Shown one piece after another: positions 5,661-10,491 of a DNA stretch of 10,491 bases (position 1 is its first letter; the number at the start of each line of letters is the position of its first letter). Both the position numbers and the translations under genes were made by a program. This stretch comes from Desulfobacterales bacterium (lineage in GTDB: Bacteria > Desulfobacterota > Desulfobacteria > Desulfobacterales > UBA5616), in assembly GCA_046483495.1 (NCBI GenBank), contig JAWODC010000007.1:1-10491 (forward strand), in the 5' to 3' direction. The notes below the pieces were generated by a model, which saw only the letters and a program-made list of their open reading frames with translations, was not told where the DNA came from and did not search any database.

Positions 5661-6956
5661 CTACTTGCAGAATTTTGCAAAACCGGCCAGTGAATAGTTG
5701 TTCAAATCCATTTCGTCACCGAAAATGTATGGGGTTTTAGACCCCATGGCGGTGACGTACGTCGCGCGGTTGTTGCGGTCATCGATGAACTCCTGCAGAC
5801 TGTAGATGGCCATCTTCTTGCCGTCTTCCTTGCACTCGAAATCGGCGCCGGATATCAGGCATGTTTTCCAGTATTCCCCCGACCGGTCATGGATCACCTT
5901 TACCAGGGCCATACCGGTTTCCGCGTCCATCCACAGGTAGGTCGTGCCGAAATTATAATACGGATCCTTCGAAACCCCCTCCAGGATATACATCGGGCGC
6001 TTCACCCAGATAATGTTGGTCGGAGCCCATTGAGCACCGGTCCAGCCATCCTTCTGATAGCCGTAGACGATGTCTTTCGTCGACGGGTCATTCTGATACA
6101 CCCCCGGCTTCGGTTTGATCAGCGGCTGTACATCCTCACTGAGATAGGGCAGGAAGCCTTCCTGATTGCCGATCAACTTCCATTCGAAATCCGATATCTT
6201 ACCGTCAAATCCCCAGGCATCATCGTAACAGGCGTCCGAGCCGATGATGGCGTCGCTTCGGTTTGACGGCGTAAGGCGCCGGACCCGCCGGATGGACGGC
6301 ACATAGGCAAATACAACGTCCCGTTTGTCTCCCAGATACCGCCACGTCATCAGGGCCGTACCGCTGATGTCATAAGGCGCCTGGAACTTGAACATCTGGT
6401 ATCTCAACAGGCTGTCCGGATTGGGAATGTTCCGCGCCTTTTCCCATCCGTCCATCGGATTCTGGTAATAGGCCATATCGGCCTTCCGCACCAGGCCATC
6501 TTCCCCGTCGACAAAAACGAAATCCAGGCTCGGAATGGAGACATTGCCGTAACCCAATACGAGGTACTGGCGGTTGTAGATGAACTTGATCCCGGCTTCA
6601 GGGTCTTCGGGATCGATCTCCGGAAACGGCCAACCCAGGATAAACTCGGGCTCTTTACCGGTGGCGGCATCCACGATCACATCGTCTGCAATCGCGTACT
6701 TTCCCTTGTTCGATTCGAACGTGTCTTCCACGATAGCCTTGGCATATTCATAAGGCCGGTAGTTGAGCTTGCCGATGTTCATCACGATGTCGCCGTTCTT
6801 CACCCAGTTCAACACGCTCTCCGGGACATGGCCTTCGACGCTTTGCCAGTTGGACTTGTCGATGACGTCCCCGGGCGACACCTCGGCGTTCGCCGCACCC
6901 GACAGGATCAGGAATGTCATCAGGCATAAAACATAAAACGGCTTTAAGGCTTTCAT
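5661..6956 (-). CDS. DUF1329-family (LolA-like fold) periplasmic protein, 431 aa
   Basis: Signal peptide ending ANA, then PGDVIDKSNW, GWPFPEIDP, FQAPYDISGTALM, FAYVPSIRRVRRL..SNRSDAIIGSD...DD and HDRSGEYWK. RBS AAGGAG. Confidence 0.85.
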   Translation of the reverse strand: MKALKPFYVLCLMTFLILSGAANAEVSPGDVIDKSNWQSVEGHVPESVLNWVKNGDIVMNIGKLNYRPYEYAKAIVEDTFESNKGKYAIADDVIVDAATGKEPEFILGWPFPEIDPEDPEAGIKFIYNRQYLVLGYGNVSIPSLDFVFVDGEDGLVRKADMAYYQNPMDGWEKARNIPNPDSLLRYQMFKFQAPYDISGTALMTWRYLGDKRDVVFAYVPSIRRVRRLTPSNRSDAIIGSDACYDDAWGFDGKISDFEWKLIGNQEGFLPYLSEDVQPLIKPKPGVYQNDPSTKDIVYGYQKDGWTGAQWAPTNIIWVKRPMYILEGVSKDPYYNFGTTYLWMDAETGMALVKVIHDRSGEYWKTCLISGADFECKEDGKKMAIYSLQEFIDDRNNRATYVTAMGSKTPYIFGDEMDLNNYSLAGFAKFCK

Positions 6957-6974
6957 ATCGTTCTCCTTATCTCG

Positions 6975-8636
6975 TTAAAAATTGTAGGTAAGAATCAAGC
7001 TGAGCTGATCACGGTCCCGAAGCAGCCCGAACGAGGTGCGATTTCCCGATATGCCGCTGTACTGGAGTTTCAGGCGCCAGGGATCGAACATGTAGTTGAC
7101 CTGAGGCTGTATGAACCAGGCACCCCGCAAATCGACAGCCAGGGCGATCTGGGGTTCGATCCGCCCGGAATAATACGCCGTGTTGGCGATAAACGTGACC
7201 GTGTGTTCGTATTCACTTACCTTGGGGAATGCATCCCCCCGCCAATACTTGGATGGTATATTGTTGACCGGCTGAATGATCGTTTCTTCATGATCCACCA
7301 TATAAGCCCCGAAGTACTGCGCGGATAGATAAAAGGTCTGATTTCTGTTCAGCCATCGGACCCACAGATTTTTGTCCAGGCCGAGCATGAACTTCCAGAA
7401 CTCCTTCTCCTGAACATCGCTGAAAACCAGATCATTCTCGTCCAATCCGCTCTCGGGATTCAGCACTACGGCGAGCGGGGCGAACGCCGTTTCGGTGTTC
7501 AGCACGGCTTCGTTCCAGAAATAGGCGACCTCCGCCCTGAAGACGATATCAGTGACCGGTTCGTAAAAATTGACGCTGAGCCCGGTAATGTCGACCGTAT
7601 CGTAGTATAGCCGCAATCCCCAGTAGTTGTTTCCCGCCTCGTCGGGGCCGGTAAACACCCCCCCGATGCCCGGCACATCGAGAATCGATCGCATGTGGGC
7701 GATGGTGTAGTTGATGTTGGTGCCCAAAAAGCCGATGTGCCGAATGCCGAAGCGGCTGTTGATCATGTCCTCATCCGGTTTTACAACTTCCGGCCAGCCG
7801 GCAACGCCTCCCCAGTTCAGCATGGGAAGAATAAAACCGCCGGTAAAATTGGGGCCCTGGTTGGTCAATCCCAACGGATAGGCGTAGCGGCTGCCCCTCG
7901 GGGCGAACGGGGCGACGGTGTCTTCAAGAAATCCCGGCGACCAGAATCCCTCCAGGCCGAAATTTCGGATTATCCCCACGCGGCCGATATTATAGCTCGC
8001 CCGGATCATGTCCAGCGGAATCCGCCGGTCGTCCAGGTCCTCGAAAATGAATCCGTAGGTATTGTCCAGGGGGTTGATATTGTCCAGGAGCCGAAAAATG
8101 TCCGTTTCTCCCCAGGCCAGCGTCTGACGGCCGATTCTCACGAACAGGGGGCCCCTGGAAATGTCTGCATAGGCTTCCCATAGGTCCGCATCTTCTGCGA
8201 TATCATCGAATTCATCCGATTCTACTTCCGCGGCATCCTGGTATTCCTCGGGACCGTAATCATATATGCCCTCGTAAAGAAATCGTCCCAGCAGGTGATA
8301 TTTAAAGTCCACGCCGGTGCGTCCGAGCTCGCCCAGGTCATGATTGAATTCCACATAGGCGATATTGCGGTGCTGTACGAGCTCCCAGGCATCCACGTCG
8401 GGAAACGTAAATCCATCGGTGGTGACGCCTCCGAAATTCGGATCGAGCGGCTCGATTTCGCCGATGGATGAAAAGCCTTCGGTGTCTTCGGTGCTGACGG
8501 AGACCCGCGACTGCAATTTTCCTTTCAATTCGATGGTTCTTTCAGCGTTTAAAAATACCGCATGGACGGGCTCTGCCGTCCAGGCGACCAGGGCCAAGAA
8601 CAACAACGGAAATATCACACCAAATTTCTTCTTCAT
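6975..8636 (-). CDS. DUF1302-family outer-membrane beta-barrel protein, 553 aa
   Basis: Start ATG 8636 after AAGGAGG, with signal peptide MKKKFGVIFPLLFLALVAWTAEPVHA. Motifs LWEAYAD, RIGRQTLAWGETDIFRLLDNINPLD and RDRDQLSLILTYNF (terminal Phe beta-signal). Lies between the MMPL and DUF1329 genes. Confidence 0.82.
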   Translation of the reverse strand: MKKKFGVIFPLLFLALVAWTAEPVHAVFLNAERTIELKGKLQSRVSVSTEDTEGFSSIGEIEPLDPNFGGVTTDGFTFPDVDAWELVQHRNIAYVEFNHDLGELGRTGVDFKYHLLGRFLYEGIYDYGPEEYQDAAEVESDEFDDIAEDADLWEAYADISRGPLFVRIGRQTLAWGETDIFRLLDNINPLDNTYGFIFEDLDDRRIPLDMIRASYNIGRVGIIRNFGLEGFWSPGFLEDTVAPFAPRGSRYAYPLGLTNQGPNFTGGFILPMLNWGGVAGWPEVVKPDEDMINSRFGIRHIGFLGTNINYTIAHMRSILDVPGIGGVFTGPDEAGNNYWGLRLYYDTVDITGLSVNFYEPVTDIVFRAEVAYFWNEAVLNTETAFAPLAVVLNPESGLDENDLVFSDVQEKEFWKFMLGLDKNLWVRWLNRNQTFYLSAQYFGAYMVDHEETIIQPVNNIPSKYWRGDAFPKVSEYEHTVTFIANTAYYSGRIEPQIALAVDLRGAWFIQPQVNYMFDPWRLKLQYSGISGNRTSFGLLRDRDQLSLILTYNF

Positions 8637-8698
8637 TCGCGTCCTCCTTCTCCAAATGTAAAGGTTGGTGGTGAAAGACCGCCTGGCCGATGGTGCAC

Positions 8699-10491
8699 TC
8701 AGGCTTTTTGAGAAACGAATTTCGGTTTTAACAATGAAACCAGGGACGGAATCAGGATCAAGGCCGTCGTCATGTTGAGAAACATCAAAAGCCCTAATAG
8801 CATCCCCATTTCCGCCTGGAATTTCACATCCACGAACGCCCAGAACACAACGCCGGCGATCAGGGTGGTTGCCGTAAAAATGATCGCCTTTCCCGTCGTT
8901 TCCAATGCCCGGCTGTTGGCTATGCTGTACTTCCCATGGATCTTGAATTCTTCGGCGATTCTGGCCATCAGGTAGATGCCGTAATCGATGCCGATGCCCA
9001 CGGCAATGGCGGCCACCGGAAGCGAATTGATGTTTAAATCGATTCCCCTGGCGTACATGAACACTTCCGACAATATCTGGGCGATGGCCAGGGGCGTGAT
9101 CAAAATGATCGCCGCCTTCAAGGACCGGAAGCTTAAAATACAGAGAATGAAGACCGCCAGGAACACCACCCCCAGAGAAACCCAATACGAATACTCCACT
9201 TCTTCGTTTACCGCCGCCAGAATCCCCATCATGCCGCCGGCTAGGCGGAAATTGATCTTATCCGACGGGTGGCTTCCGATGAATTCCTTGGCCTTGTCGA
9301 TCGTCTGAGTGATGGTGTCGTTGTTGTACCCCTTGTAGAAGCAGGTGATGGTGCCGTTGCTCCAATCCCGGGAAATCCACCGATCCATTTCTCCGGCGGC
9401 CGAGTTCGTCTCGACGATGAACCCGATCTCTCCCAAGGATTTTTTCAGCTTCGGCAATTTTTCCCATTTCGGATGCCCTTCGTGAAACATCCGGTTAATC
9501 CGCTTGATCGTGTTGGAAAAAGTCAGGGAGCCGGCGGCGCCACCTTCGGCCTCCATGTACCGCTGGAAATCCTCCATCATCTGAAGGGACTTGGCATCCT
9601 TCAACGCCCCTGTTTCCTTGCCCTCGGCGATGATGACCATCTGGGTGGCCCCCACGAAATTTGTATTGAAAAACTTGAAAGCACGATTGTAGTCATGATC
9701 GGGAAACAGAATGGCCGCCCCTGCTTCCGTATCCCCCACCTTCAATTTCATGGCATAATGCCCCCCGACCACGAAAATGAAAACAACGATCCCCAACACG
9801 ACCCATCTGGCACGGCCCCGCGTGGGTATCAGCAAAAACTTCGCGATGGCGTCATAAATTTTCCCCCTGGATTCCTTCTCCAGCCTGTCCCGGTTGGGGG
9901 GCTTGACAAAGGACAGCATGATGGGACTTAACGTGGGCACGCTGACAACGATGGTCAGGATCCAGAAGGATGCGAAAAATCCCAGGTTTCTCATCAGCGG
10001 AATGGTGGCCACCGATATCATCAGAATGCCGATGGCATCGGTGACGATGGAAAGGCTCGCCGGCATGAAAAGCTCGCTGTAGCCTTTGACGATGGCTTCT
10101 TTCTGATCGTTTCTCACCAGGTATTCTTCATGGTAACGGGCCATGCACTGCACCGAGTGGCTGATGGCCCTCGCCGTAATGATGAGGGGAACCACCAGGA
10201 TCAGCGGATCCAGTGAAAAGTTGAGCAGACTGGCAAACCCCAGACCCCAGACGGCGCTCACTCCGGCGGAAAGCACGGGAAACACAACCCCCTGCCAGAC
10301 CCTGAAATAATAAAACAGCAGTCCGACAATCACCAGGATGGTCAGACCGAAAACGGCATACATGTGGGGCGACAACGCATAAATATACCCGTACAGTGCC
10401 GGGTACCCGGTAAAATAGATATTGGTGTTGTCGTCCGTTTCCTGCTTTTTGATTTCCTCGAGGCGATGGTGGAGCTTGAGGGGTTCGAGCC
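8699..10491 (-). CDS. MMPL/RND-family transporter, 5'-truncated at the window edge (596 aa visible)
   Basis: The frame is open from 10489 (LEPLKLHHRLEEIKKQETDDNTNIYFTGYPALYGYIYALSPHM...), so the track's TTG at 10375 is not the start. Two TM bundles with ARAISHSVQ and AVGIGIDYGIY flank a second periplasmic domain. Confidence 0.9.
   Translation of the reverse strand, partial: LEPLKLHHRLEEIKKQETDDNTNIYFTGYPALYGYIYALSPHMYAVFGLTILVIVGLLFYYFRVWQGVVFPVLSAGVSAVWGLGFASLLNFSLDPLILVVPLIITARAISHSVQCMARYHEEYLVRNDQKEAIVKGYSELFMPASLSIVTDAIGILMISVATIPLMRNLGFFASFWILTIVVSVPTLSPIMLSFVKPPNRDRLEKESRGKIYDAIAKFLLIPTRGRARWVVLGIVVFIFVVGGHYAMKLKVGDTEAGAAILFPDHDYNRAFKFFNTNFVGATQMVIIAEGKETGALKDAKSLQMMEDFQRYMEAEGGAAGSLTFSNTIKRINRMFHEGHPKWEKLPKLKKSLGEIGFIVETNSAAGEMDRWISRDWSNGTITCFYKGYNNDTITQTIDKAKEFIGSHPSDKINFRLAGGMMGILAAVNEEVEYSYWVSLGVVFLAVFILCILSFRSLKAAIILITPLAIAQILSEVFMYARGIDLNINSLPVAAIAVGIGIDYGIYLMARIAEEFKIHGKYSIANSRALETTGKAIIFTATTLIAGVVFWAFVDVKFQAEMGMLLGLLMFLNMTTALILIPSLVSLLKPKFVSQKA

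Noticed and set aside
8637..9185. 183-aa N-terminal extension of the DUF1302 ORF (736 aa in the track)
   Set aside because: It overlaps the MMPL gene in another frame. The strong RBS and signal peptide mark ATG 8636 as the start.
5411..10082. Plus-strand ORFs opposite the usp, DUF1329, DUF1302 and MMPL genes (for example 5889-6266, 7695-8183, 9269-9931)
   Set aside because: Antisense shadows with no family features.

Overview
All credible genes are on the minus strand, and the gene families and sigma54/IHF promoter suggest an anaerobic Gram-negative bacterium, probably Desulfobacterota (inference). In transcription order from the right: a 5'-truncated MMPL/RND transporter, a DUF1302-type outer-membrane protein, a DUF1329 (LolA-like) periplasmic protein and a universal stress protein. 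A ~1 kb non-coding region follows, containing a 542-bp element bounded by perfect 28-bp inverted repeats (MITE-like, no target-site duplication, packed with short hairpins) and a sigma54 promoter. That promoter precedes 2-hydroxyacyl-CoA dehydratase-family alpha and beta subunits, a YCF48-like Asp-box protein and the N-terminal 146 aa of an MMPL transporter missed by the ORF track. Two oddities stand out. (1) The two MMPL pieces at the window ends are complementary N- and C-terminal parts, so the window reads like one circularly permuted ~10 kb operon joined at the MITE. (2) The left MMPL piece ends in a perfect 30-bp fold-back palindrome and switches in frame into an unrelated Pat/acyl-CoA-synthetase GNAT fragment, which is a chimera signature. 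Protein calls are from motif recognition only, and no searches were run.
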